A stretch of 64,000 nucleotides of DNA. Origin: Eledone cirrhosa (taxonomy: Eukaryota). Made by a program: the position numbers and the translations under genes. Every line of letters starts with the position of its first letter. Position 1 is the first letter of the stretch. This document shows positions 43,701 to 57,246 of the stretch, piece after piece. The stretch is taken from positions 33,790,001 through 33,854,000 of the forward strand of contig OZ024740.1 of the NCBI GenBank assembly GCA_964016885.1. Direction: 5' to 3'. Below the pieces are notes generated by a model. The model saw nothing but the letters and a program-made list of their open reading frames with translations. It did not search any database and had not been told where the DNA came from.

Positions 43701-45712
43701 CCAACTCTCTCTTACCAATAACCATCTTTACTGCCATCTTCCAACTCTCTCTTACCATCAACCATCTTTTCTGCTATCTTCCAACTCTCTCTCTTACCAT
43801 CAACCCTCTTTACTGCTATCTTCCAACTCTCTCTTACCATCAACCATCTTTACTGCTATCTTCTAACTCTCTCTTACCATCAACCATCTTTACTGCTACC
43901 TTCCAACTCTCTCTTACCATCAACCATCTTTACTGCTATCTTCCAACTCTCTCTTACCAATAACCATCTTTACTGCTATCTTCCAACTCTCTCTTACCAT
44001 CAACCATCTTTACTGCTATTTTCCAACTCTCTCTTACCATCAACCATCTTTACTGCTATCTTCCAACTCTCTCTTACCATCAACTATCTTTACTGCTATC
44101 TTCCAACTCTCTCTTACCATCAACCATCTTTACTGCTACCTTCCAAGTCTCTCTTACCATCAACCATCTTTACTGCTATCTTCCAACTCTCTCTTACCAT
44201 CAACCATCTTTACTGCTATCTTCCAACTCTCTCTTACCATCAACTATCTTTACTGCTATCTTCCAACTCTCTCTTACCATCAACCATCTTTACTGCTAAC
44301 TTCCAACTCTCTCTTACCAATAACCATCTTTACTGCTATCTTCCAACTCTCTCTTACCATCAACCATCTTTACTGCTATCTTCCAACTCTCTCTTACCAT
44401 CAACCATCTTTACTGCTATCTTCCGACTCTCTCTTACCATCAACCATCTTTACTGCTATCTTCCAACTCTCTCTTACCATCAACCATCTTTACTGCTATC
44501 TTCCAACTCTCTCTTACCATCAACCATCTTTACTGCTATCTTCCAACTCTGTCTTACCATCAATCATCTTTACTGCTATCTTCCAACTCTCTCTTACCGT
44601 CAACCATCTTTACTGCTACCTTCCAACTCTCACTTACCATCAACCATCTTTACTGCTATCTTCCAACTCTCTCTTACCATCAACCATCTTTACTGCTATC
44701 TTCCAACTCTCTCTTACCATCAACCATCTTTACTGCTATCTTCCAACTCTCTCTTACCATCAACCATCTTTACTGCTATCTTCCAACTCTCTCTTACCAT
44801 CAATCATCTTTACTGCTATCTTCCAACTCTCTCTTACCGTCAACCATCTTTACTGCTACCTTCCAACTCTCACTTACCATCAACCATCTTTACTGCTATC
44901 TTCCAACTCTCTCTTACCATCAACCATCTTTACTGCTATCTTCCAACTCTCTCTTACCATCAACCATCTTTACTGCTATCTTCCAACTCTCTCTTACCAT
45001 CAACCATCTTTACTGCTATCTTCCAACTCTCTCTTACCATCAACCATCTTTACTGCTATCTTCCAACTCTCTCTTACCAATAACCCTCTTTACTGCTATC
45101 TTCTAACTCTCTCTTACCATCAACCATCTTTACTGCTATCTTCAAACTCTCTCTTACCAATAACCATCTTTACTGCCATCTTCCAACTCTCTCTTACCAT
45201 CAACCATCTTTTCTGCTATCTTCCAACTCTCTCTCTTACCATCAACCATCTTTACTGCTATCTTCTAACTCTCTCTTACCATCAACCATCTTTACTGCTA
45301 CCTTCCAACTCTCTCTTACCATCAACCATCTTTACTGATATCTTCCAACTCTCTCTTACCAATAACCATCTTTACTGCTATCTTCCAACTCTCTCTCTTA
45401 CCATCAACCATCTTTACTGCTATCTTCCAACTGTCTCTTACCATCAACCATCTTTACTGCTACCTTCCAACTCTCTCTTACCATCAACCATCTTTACTGC
45501 TATCTTCTAACTCTCTCTTACCATCAACCATCTTTACTGCTATCTTCCAACTCTCTCTTACCATCAACCATCTTTACTGCTATCTTCCAACTGTCTCTTA
45601 CCATCAACCATCTTTACTGCTATCTTCCAACTGTCTCTTACCATCAACCATCTTTACTGCTATCTTCCAACTCTCTCTTACCATCAACCATCTTTACTGC
45701 TATCTTCCAACT
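21329..45712. repeat. Tandem duplication of a 12,181-bp block of about 304 monomers (21329..33509 and 33510..45690)
   Basis: Markers pair at +12181: TATCCTTCAAAC 24119/36300, 7-bp deletions 27007/39188 and 29450/41631, GATATC 27221/39402, 29624/41805 and 33156/45337, ATG 30428/42609. Flanking mismatches are at 21328/33509 and 33532/45713. Confidence 0.92.
26291..26770. repeat. Six-monomer (240-bp) duplication CAATCATC-CCGTCAA-CTCACTT; also near 28735, 32381, 38472, 40916 and 44562
   Basis: AATCATC at 26291 and 26531, each followed by CCGTC and ACCTTCC...CTCACTT in the same order. Confidence 0.8.
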
Positions 45713-48700
45713 GTCTCTAACCATCAACCATCTTTACTGCTATCTTCCAACTCTCTCTTACCATCAACCATCTTTACTGCTATCTTCCAACGCTCTCTTA
45801 CCATCAACCATCTTTACTGCTATCTTCCAACTCTCTCTTACCAATAACCATCTTTACTGCTATCTTCTAACTCTCTCTTACCATCAACCATCTTTACTGC
45901 TATCTTCCAACTCTCTCTTACCAATAACCATCTTTACTGCCATCTTCCAACTCTCTCTTACCATCAACCATCTTTTCTGCTATCTTCCAACTCTCTCTCT
46001 TACCATCAACCCTCTTTACTGCTATCTTCCAACTCTCTCTTACCATCAACCATCTTTACTGCTATCTTCTAACTCTCTCTTACCATCAACCATCTTTACT
46101 GCTATCTTCCAACTCTCTCTCTTACCATCAACCATCTTTACTGCTATCTTCTAACTCTCTCTTACCATCAACCATCTTTACTGCTATCTTCCAACTCTCT
46201 CTTACCATCAACCATCTTTACTGCTACCTTCCAACTCTCTCTTACCATCAACCATCTTTAATGCTATCTTCTAACTCTCTCTTACCATCAACCATCTTTA
46301 CTGCTATCTTCCAACTCTCTCTTACCAATAACCATCTTTACTGCTATCTTCCAACTGTCTCTTACCATCAACCATCTTTACTGCTATCTTCTAACTCTCT
46401 CTTACCAATAACCATCTTTACTGCTATCTTCCAACTCTCTCTTACCATCAACCATCTTTACTGCTATCTTCCAACTCTCTCTTACCAATAACCATCTTTA
46501 CTGCTATCTTCCAACTCTCTCTTACCATCAACCATCTTTACTGCTATCTTCCAACTCTCTCTTACCATCACCCATCTTTACTGCTATCTTCCAACTCTCT
46601 CTTACCATCAACTATCTTTACTGCTATCTTCCAACTCTCTCTTACCATCAACCATCTTTACTGCTACCTTCCAACTCTCTCTTACCATCAACCATCTTTA
46701 CTGCTATCTTCCAACTCTCTCTTACCATCAACCATCTTTACTGCTATCTTCCAACTCTCTCTTACCATCAACCATCTTTACTGCTATCTTCCAACTCTCT
46801 CTTACCATCAACCATCTTTACTGCTAACTTCCAACTCTCTCTTACCAATAACCATCTTTACTGCTATCTTCTAACTCTCTCTTACCATCAACCATCTTTA
46901 CTGCTATCTTCCAACTCTCTCTTACCATCAACCATCTTTACTGCTATCTTCTAACTCTCTCTTACCATCAACCATCTTTACTGCTACCTTCCAACTCTCT
47001 CTTACCATCAACCATCTTTACTGCTATCTTCCAACTCTCTCTTACCATCAACCATCTTTACTGCTATCTTCCAACTCTCTCTTACCATCAACCATCTTTA
47101 CTGCTATCTTCCGACTCTCTCTTACCATCAACCATCTTTACTGCTATCTTCCAACTCTCTCTTACCATCAACCATCTTTACTGCTATCTTCCAACTCTCT
47201 CTTACCATCAACCATCTTTACTGCTATCTTCCAACTCTCTCTTACCATCAACCATCTTTACTGTTATCTTCTAACTCTCTCTTACCATCAACCATCTTTA
47301 CTGCTATCTTCTAACTCTCTCTTATCCTTCAAACATCTTTACTGCTATCTTCCAACTCTCTCTTACCAATAACCGTCTTTACTGCTATCTTCCAACTCTC
47401 TCTTACCATCAACCATCTTTACTGCTATCTTCTAACTCTCTCTTACCATCAACCATCTTTACTGCTATCTTCCAACTCTCTCTCTTACCATCAACCATCT
47501 TTACTGCTATCTTCTAACTCTCTCTTACCATCAACCATCTTTACTGCTACCTTCCAACTCTCTCTTACCATCAACCATCTTTACTGCTATCTTCCAACTC
47601 TCTCTTACCAATAACCATCTTTACTGCTATCTTCCAACTCTCTCTTACCATCAACCATCTTTACTGCTATCTTCCAACTCTCTCTTACCATCAACCATCT
47701 TTACTGTTATCTTCTAACTCTCTCTTACCATCAACCATCTTTACTGCTATCTTCTAACTCTCTCTTATCCTTCAAACATCTTTACTGCTATCTTCCAACT
47801 CTCTCTCTTACCATCAACCATCTTTACTGCTATCTTCCAACTGTCTCTTACCATCAACCATCTTTACTGCTACCTTCCAACTTTCTCTTACCATCAACCA
47901 TCTTTACTGCTATCTTCCAACACTCTCTTACCATCAACCATCTTTACTGCTATCTTCCAACTCTCTCTTACCATCAACCATCTTTACTGCTATCTTCCAA
48001 CTGTCTCTTACCATCAACCATCTTTACTGCTATCTTCCAACTCTCTCTTACCATCAACCATCTTTACTGCTATCTTCAAACTCTCTCTTACCATCAACCA
48101 TCTTTACTGCTATCTTCCAACTGTCTCTAACCATCAACCATCTTTACTGCTATCTTCCAACTCTCTCTTATCATCAACCATCTTTACTGCTATCTTCCAA
48201 CTCTCTCTTACCATCAACCATCTTTACTGCTATCTTCCAACTCTCTCTTACCAATAACCATCTTTACTGCTACCTTCCAACTCTCTCTTACCATCAACCA
48301 TCTTTACTGCTATCTTCCAACTCTCTCTTACCATCAACCATCTTTACTGCTATCTTCCAACTCTCTCTTACCATCAACCATCTTTACTGCTATCTTCCAA
48401 CTCTCTCTTACCAATAACCATCTTTACTGCTATCTTCTAACTCTCTCTTACCATCAACCATCTTTACTGCTATCTTCCAACTCTCTCTTACCATCAACCA
48501 TCTTTACTGCTACCTCCAACTCTCTCTTACCATCAACCATCTTTACTGCTATCTTCCAACTCTCTCTTACCATCAACCATCTTTACTGCTACCTTCCAAC
48601 TCTCTCTTACCATCAACCATCTTTACTGCTATCTTCCAACTCTCTCTTACCATCAACCATCTTTACTGCTACCTTCCAACTCTCTCTTACCATCAACCAT

Positions 48701-51700
48701 CTTTACTGCTATCTTCCAACTGTCTCTTACCATCAACCATCTTTACTGCTATCTTCCAACTCTCTCTTACCATCAACCATCTTTACTGCTATCTTCCAAC
48801 TGTCTCTAACCATCAACCATCTTTACTGCTATCTTCCAACTCTCTCTTACCATCAACCATCTTTACTGCTATCTTCCAACGCTCTCTTACCATCAACCAT
48901 CTTTACTGCTATCTTCCAACTCTCTCTTACCAATAACCATCTTTACTGCTATCTTCTAACTCTCTCTTACCATCAACCATCTTTACTGCTATCTTCCAAC
49001 TCTCTCTTACCAATAACCATCTTTACTGCCATCTTCCAACTCTCTCTTACCATCAACCATCTTTTCTGCTATCTTCCAACTCTGTCTCTTACCATCAACC
49101 CTCTTTACTGCTATCTTCCAACTCTCTCTTACCATCAACCATCTTTACTGCTATCTTCTAACTCTCTCTTACCATCAACCATCTTTACTGCTATCTTCCA
49201 ACTCTCTCTCTTACCATCAACCATCTTTACTGCTATCTTCTAACTCTCTCTTACCATCAACCATCTTTACTGCTACCTTCCAACTCTCTCTTACCATCAA
49301 CCATCTTTACTGCTACCTTCCAACTCTCTCTTACCATCAACCATCTTTTCTGCTATCTTCCAACTCTCTCTCTTACCATCAACCCTCTTTACTGCTATCT
49401 TCCAACTCTCTCTTACCATCAACCATCTTTACTGCTATCTTCTAACTCTCTCTTACCATCAACCATCTTTACTGCTATCTTCCAACTCTCTCTCTTACCA
49501 TCAACCATCTTTACTGCTATCTTCTAACTCTCTCTTACCATCAACCATCTTTACTGCTATCTTCCAACTCTCTCTTACCATCAACCATCTTTACTGCTAT
49601 CTTCCAACTCTCTCTTACCATCAACCATCTTTACTGTTATCTTCTAACTCTCTCTTACCATCAACCATCTTTACTGCTATCTTCTAACTCTCTCTTATCC
49701 TTCAAACATCTTTACTGCTATCTTCCAACTCTCTCTTACCAATAACCGTCTTTACTGCTATCTTCCAACTCTCTCTTACCATCAACCATCTTTACTGCTA
49801 TCTTCTAACTCTCTCTTACCATCAACCATCTTTACTGCTATCTTCCAACTCTCTCTCTTACCATCAACCATCTTTACTGCTATCTTCTAACTCTCTCTTA
49901 CCATCAACCATCTTTACTGCTATCTTCTAACTCTCTCTTACCATCAACCATCTTTACTGCTATCTTCCAACTCTCTCTCTTACCATCAACCATCTTTACT
50001 GCTATCTTCTAACTCTCTCTTACCATCAACCATCTTTACTGCTATCTTCCAACTCTCTCTTACCATCAACCATCTTTACTGCTATCTTCCAACTCTCTCT
50101 TACCATCAACCATCTTTACTGTTATCTTCTAACTCTCTCTTACCATCAACCATCTTTACTGCTACCTTCCAACTCTCTCTTACCATCAACCATCTTTACT
50201 GCTATCTTCTAACTCTCTCTTACCATCAACCATCTTTACTGCTACCTTCCAACTCTCTCTTACCATCAACCATCTTTACTGCTATCTTCCAACTCTCTCT
50301 TACCAATAACCATCTTTACTGCTATCTTCCAACTCTCTCTTACCATCAACCATCTTTACTGCTATCTTCCAACTCTCTCTTACCATCAACCATCTTTACT
50401 GTTATCTTCTAACTCTCTCTTACCATCAACCATCTTTACTGCTATCTTCTAACTCTCTCTTATCCTTCAAACATCTTTACTGCTATCTTCCAACTCTCTC
50501 TCTTACCATCAACCATCTTTACTGCTATCTTCCAACTGTCTCTTACCATCAACCATCTTTACTGCTACCTTCCAACTTTCTCTTACCATCAACCATCTTT
50601 ACTGCTATCTTCCAACACTCTCTTACCATCAACCATCTTTACTGCTATCTTCCAACTCTCTCTTACCATCAACCATCTTTACTGCTATCTTCCAACTCTC
50701 TCTTACCATCAACCATCTTTACTGCTATCTTCCGACTCTCTCTTACCATCAACCATCTTTACTGCTATCTTCCAACTCTCTCTTACCATCAACCATCTTT
50801 ACTGCTATCTTCCAACTCTCTCTTACCATCAACCATCTTTACTGCTATCTTCCAACTCTCTCTTACCATCAACCATCTTTACTGTTATCTTCTAACTCTC
50901 TCTTACCATCAACCATCTTTACTGCTATCTTCTAACTCTCTCTTATCCTTCAAACATCTTTACTGCTATCTTCCAACTCTCTCTTACCAATAACCGTCTT
51001 TACTGCTATCTTCCAACTCTCTCTTACCATCAACCATCTTTACTGCTATCTTCTAACTCTCTCTTACCATCAACCATCTTTACTGCTATCTTCCAACTCT
51101 CTCTCTTACCATCAACCATCTTTACTGCTATCTTCTAACTCTCTCTTACCATCAACCATCTTTACTGCTACCTTCCAACTCTCTCTTACCATCAACCATC
51201 TTTACTGCTATCTTCCAACTCTCTCTTACCAATAACCATCTTTACTGCTATCTTCCAACTCTCTCTTACCATCAACCATCTTTACTGCTATCTTCCAACT
51301 CTCTCTTACCATCAACCATCTTTACTGTTATCTTCTAACTCTCTCTTACCATCAACCATCTTTACTGCTATCTTCTAACTCTCTCTTATCCTTCAAACAT
51401 CTTTACTGCTATCTTCCAACTCTCTCTCTTACCATCAACCATCTTTACTGCTATCTTCCAACTGTCTCTTACCATCAACCATCTTTACTGCTACCTTCCA
51501 ACTTTCTCTTACCATCAACCATCTTTACTGCTATCTTCCAACACTCTCTTACCATCAACCATCTTTACTGCTATCTTCCAACTCTCTCTTACCATCAACC
51601 ATCTTTACTGCTATCTTCCAACTGTCTCTTACCATCAACCATCTTTACTGCTATCTTCCAACTCTCTCTTACCATCAACCATCTTTACTGCTATCTTCAA

Positions 51701-54700
51701 ACTCTCTCTTACCATCAACCATCTTTACTGCTATCTTCCAACTGTCTCTAACCATCAACCATCTTTACTGCTATCTTCCAACTCTCTCTTATCATCAACC
51801 ATCTTTACTGCTATCTTCCAACTCTCTCTTACCATCAACCATCTTTACTGCTATCTTCCAACTCTCTCTTACCAATAACCATCTTTACTGCTACCTTCCA
51901 ACTCTCTCTTACCATCAACCATCTTTACTGCTATCTTCCAACTCTCTCTTACCATCAACCATCTTTACTGCTATCTTCCAACTCTCTCTTACCATCAACC
52001 ATCTTTACTGCTATCTTCCAACTCTCTCTTACCAATAACCATCTTTACTGCTATCTTCTAACTCTCTCTTACCATCAACCATCTTTACTGCTATCTTCCA
52101 ACTCTCTCTTACCATCAACCATCTTTACTGCTACCTCCAACTCTCTCTTACCATCAACCATCTTTACTGCTATCTTCCAACTCTCTCTTACCATCAACCA
52201 TCTTTACTGCTACCTTCCAACTCTCTCTTACCATCAACCATCTTTACTGCTATCTTCCAACTCTCTCTTACCATCAACCATCTTTACTGCTACCTTCCAA
52301 CTCTCTCTTACCATCAACCATCTTTACTGCTATCTTCCAACTGTCTCTTACCATCAACCATCTTTACTGCTATCTTCCAACTCTCTCTTACCATCAACCA
52401 TCTTTACTGCTATCTTCCAACTGTCTCTAACCATCAACCATCTTTACTGCTATCTTCCAACTCTCTCTTACCATCAACCATCTTTACTGCTATCTTCCAA
52501 CGCTCTCTTACCATCAACCATCTTTACTGCTATCTTCCAACTCTCTCTTACCAATAACCATCTTTACTGCTATCTTCTAACTCTCTCTTACCATCAACCA
52601 TCTTTACTGCTATCTTCCAACTCTCTCTTACCAATAACCATCTTTACTGCCATCTTCCAACTCTCTCTTACCATCAACCATCTTTTCTGCTATCTTCCAA
52701 CTCTGTCTCTTACCATCAACCCTCTTTACTGCTATCTTCCAACTCTCTCTTACCATCAACCATCTTTACTGCTATCTTCTAACTCTCTCTTACCATCAAC
52801 CATCTTTACTGCTATCTTCCAACTCTCTCTCTTACCATCAACCATCTTTACTGCTATCTTCTAACTCTCTCTTACCATCAACCATCTTTACTGCTACCTT
52901 CCAACTCTCTCTTACCATCAACCATCTTTACTGCTACCTTCCAACTCTCTCTTACCATCAACCATCTTTTCTGCTATCTTCCAACTCTCTCTCTTACCAT
53001 CAACCCTCTTTACTGCTATCTTCCAACTCTCTCTTACCATCAACCATCTTTACTGCTATCTTCTAACTCTCTCTTACCATCAACCATCTTTACTGCTATC
53101 TTCCAACTCTCTCTCTTACCATCAACCATCTTTACTGCTATCTTCTAACTCTCTCTTACCATCAACCATCTTTACTGCTATCTTCCAACTCTCTCTTACC
53201 ATCAACCATCTTTACTGCTATCTTCCAACTCTCTCTTACCATCAACCATCTTTACTGTTATCTTCTAACTCTCTCTTACCATCAACCATCTTTACTGCTA
53301 TCTTCTAACTCTCTCTTATCCTTCAAACATCTTTACTGCTATCTTCCAACTCTCTCTTACCAATAACCGTCTTTACTGCTATCTTCCAACTCTCTCTTAC
53401 CATCAACCATCTTTACTGCTATCTTCTAACTCTCTCTTACCATCAACCATCTTTACTGCTATCTTCCAACTCTCTCTCTTACCATCAACCATCTTTACTG
53501 CTATCTTCTAACTCTCTCTTACCATCAACCATCTTTACTGCTATCTTCTAACTCTCTCTTACCATCAACCATCTTTACTGCTATCTTCCAACTCTCTCTC
53601 TTACCATCAACCATCTTTACTGCTATCTTCTAACTCTCTCTTACCATCAACCATCTTTACTGCTATCTTCCAACTCTCTCTTACCATCAACCATCTTTAC
53701 TGCTATCTTCCAACTCTCTCTTACCATCAACCATCTTTACTGTTATCTTCTAACTCTCTCTTACCATCAACCATCTTTACTGCTACCTTCCAACTCTCTC
53801 TTACCATCAACCATCTTTACTGCTATCTTCTAACTCTCTCTTACCATCAACCATCTTTACTGCTACCTTCCAACTCTCTCTTACCATCAACCATCTTTAC
53901 TGCTATCTTCCAACTCTCTCTTACCAATAACCATCTTTACTGCTATCTTCCAACTCTCTCTTACCATCAACCATCTTTACTGCTATCTTCCAACTCTCTC
54001 TTACCATCAACCATCTTTACTGTTATCTTCTAACTCTCTCTTACCATCAACCATCTTTACTGCTATCTTCTAACTCTCTCTTATCCTTCAAACATCTTTA
54101 CTGCTATCTTCCAACTCTCTCTCTTACCATCAACCATCTTTACTGCTATCTTCCAACTGTCTCTTACCATCAACCATCTTTACTGCTACCTTCCAACTTT
54201 CTCTTACCATCAACCATCTTTACTGCTATCTTCCAACACTCTCTTACCATCAACCATCTTTACTGCTATCTTCCAACTCTCTCTTACCATCAACCATCTT
54301 TACTGCTATCTTCCAACTGTCTCTTACCATCAACCATCTTTACTGCTATCTTCCAACTCTCTCTTACCATCAACCATCTTTACTGCTATCTTCAAACTCT
54401 CTCTTACCATCAACCATCTTTACTGCTATCTTCCAACTGTCTCTAACCATCAACCATCTTTACTGCTATCTTCCAACTCTCTCTTACCATCAACCATCTT
54501 TACTGCTATCTTCTAACTCTCTCTTACCATCAACCATCTTTACTGCTATCTTCCAACTCTCTCTTACCATCAACCATCTTTACTGCTATCTTCCAACTGT
54601 CTCTTACCATCAACCATCTTTACTGCTATCTTCCAACTGTCTCTTACCATCAACCATCTTTACTGCTATCTTCCAACTCTCTCTTACCATCAACCATCTT

Positions 54701-57246
54701 TACTGCTATCTTCCAACTGTCTCTAACCATCAACCATCTTTACTGCTATCTTCCAACTCTCTCTTACCATCAACCATCTTTACTGCTATCTTCCAACGCT
54801 CTCTTACCATCAACCATCTTTACTGCTATCTTCCAACTCTCTCTTACCAATAACCATCTTTACTGCTATCTTCTAACTCTCTCTTACCATCAACCATCTT
54901 TACTGCTATCTTCCAACTCTCTCTTACCAATAACCATCTTTACTGCCATCTTCCAACTCTCTCTTACCATCAACCATCTTTTCTGCTATCTTCCAACTCT
55001 CTCTCTTACCATCAACCCTCTTTACTGCTATCTTCCAACTCTCTCTTACCATCAACCATCTTTACTGCTATCTTCTAACTCTCTCTTACCATCAACCATC
55101 TTTACTGCTATCTTCCAACTCTCTCTCTTACCATCAACCATCTTTACTGCTATCTTCTAACTCTCTCTTACCATCAACCATCTTTACTGCTATCTTCCAA
55201 CTCTCTCTTACCATCAACCATCTTTACTGCTACCTTCCAACTCTCTCTTACCATCAACCATCTTTAATGCTATCTTCTAACTCTCTCTTACCATCAACCA
55301 TCTTTACTGCTATCTTCCAACTCTCTCTTACCAATAACCATCTTTACTGCTATCTTCCAACTGTCTCTTACCATCAACCATCTTTACTGCTATCTTCTAA
55401 CTCTCTCTTACCAATAACCATCTTTACTGCTATCTTCTAACTCTCTCTTACCATCAACCATCTTTACTGCTATCTTCCAACTCTCTCTTACCAATAACCA
55501 TCTTTACTGCTATCTTCCAACTCTCTCTTACCATCAACCATCTTTACTGCTATCTTCCAACTCTCTCTTACCATCAACCATCTTTACTGCTATCTTCCAA
55601 CTCTCTCTTACCATCAACTATCTTTACTGCTATCTTCCAACTCTCTCTTACCATCAACCATCTTTACTGCTACCTTCCAACTCTCTCTTACCATCAACCA
55701 TCTTTACTGCTATCTTCCAACTCTCTCTTACCATCAACCATCTTTACTGCTATCTTCCAACTCTCTCTTACCATCAACCATCTTTACTGCTATCTTCCAA
55801 CTCTCTCTTACCATCAACCATCTTTACTGCTAACTTCCAACTCTCTCTTACCAATAACCATCTTTACTGCTATCTTCTAACTCTCTCTTACCATCAACCA
55901 TCTTTACTGCTATCTTCCAACTCTCTCTTACCATCAACCATCTTTACTGCTATCTTCTAACTCTCTCTTACCATCAACCATCTTTACTGCTACCTTCCAA
56001 CTCTCTCTTACCATCAACCATCTTTACTGCTATCTTCCAACTCTCTCTTACCATCAACCATCTTTACTGCTATCTTCCAACTCTCTCTTACCATCAACCA
56101 TCTTTACTGCTATCTTCCGACTCTCTCTTACCATCAACCATCTTTACTGCTATCTTCCAACTCTCTCTTACCATCAACCATCTTTACTGCTATCTTCCAA
56201 CTCTCTCTTACCATCAACCATCTTTACTGCTATCTTCCAACTCTCTCTTACCATCAACCATCTTTACTGTTATCTTCTAACTCTCTCTTACCATCAACCA
56301 TCTTTACTGCTATCTTCTAACTCTCTCTTATCCTTCAAACATCTTTACTGCTATCTTCCAACTCTCTCTTACCAATAACCGTCTTTACTGCTATCTTCCA
56401 ACTCTCTCTTACCATCAACCATCTTTACTGCTATCTTCTAACTCTCTCTTACCATCAACCATCTTTACTGCTATCTTCCAACTCTCTCTCTTACCATCAA
56501 CCATCTTTACTGCTATCTTCTAACTCTCTCTTACCATCAACCATCTTTACTGCTACCTTCCAACTCTCTCTTACCATCAACCATCTTTACTGCTATCTTC
56601 CAACTCTCTCTTACCAATAACCATCTTTACTGCTATCTTCCAACTCTCTCTTACCATCAACCATCTTTACTGCTATCTTCCAACTCTCTCTTACCATCAA
56701 CCATCTTTACTGTTATCTTCTAACTCTCTCTTACCATCAACCATCTTTACTGCTATCTTCTAACTCTCTCTTATCCTTCAAACATCTTTACTGCTATCTT
56801 CCAACTCTCTCTCTTACCATCAACCATCTTTACTGCTATCTTCCAACTGTCTCTTACCATCAACCATCTTTACTGCTACCTTCCAACTTTCTCTTACCAT
56901 CAACCATCTTTACTGCTATCTTCCAACACTCTCTTACCATCAACCATCTTTACTGCTATCTTCCAACTCTCTCTTACCATCAACCATCTTTACTGCTATC
57001 TTCCAACTGTCTCTTACCATCAACCATCTTTACTGCTATCTTCCAACTCTCTCTTACCATCAACCATCTTTACTGCTATCTTCAAACTCTCTCTTACCAT
57101 CAACCATCTTTACTGCTATCTTCCAACTGTCTCTAACCATCAACCATCTTTACTGCTATCTTCCAACTCTCTCTTATCATCAACCATCTTTACTGCTATC
57201 TTCCAACTCTCTCTTACCATCAACCATCTTTACTGCTATCTTCCAA
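45470..57246. repeat. Repeated block of about 2.8 kb, offset 9006 bp (about 45470..48240 and about 54476..57246)
   Basis: ATG variant 46261/55267; TATCCTTCAAAC 47323/56329 and 47766/56772. A few private differences exist, such as CATCACCC near 46571. Boundaries are approximate. Confidence 0.75.
46997..54318. repeat. Tandem duplication of a 3621-bp block of about 90 monomers (46997..50617 and 50618..54238)
   Basis: TATCCTTCAAAC pairs at +3621: 47323/50944, 47766/51387, 49696/53317, 50461/54082. Flanking mismatches are at 46996/50617 and 50698/54319. Confidence 0.9.

Noticed and set aside
3622-46491. Five identical 76-aa ORFs (3622, 9631, 14042, 19130, 46261)
   Set aside because: They are translations of the satellite from a C>A variant that creates ATG (TTTAATG). 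Their identity reflects block duplication. The same ATG at 30428, 42609 and 55267 gives no listed ORF. There is no promoter, RBS or non-repeat context.
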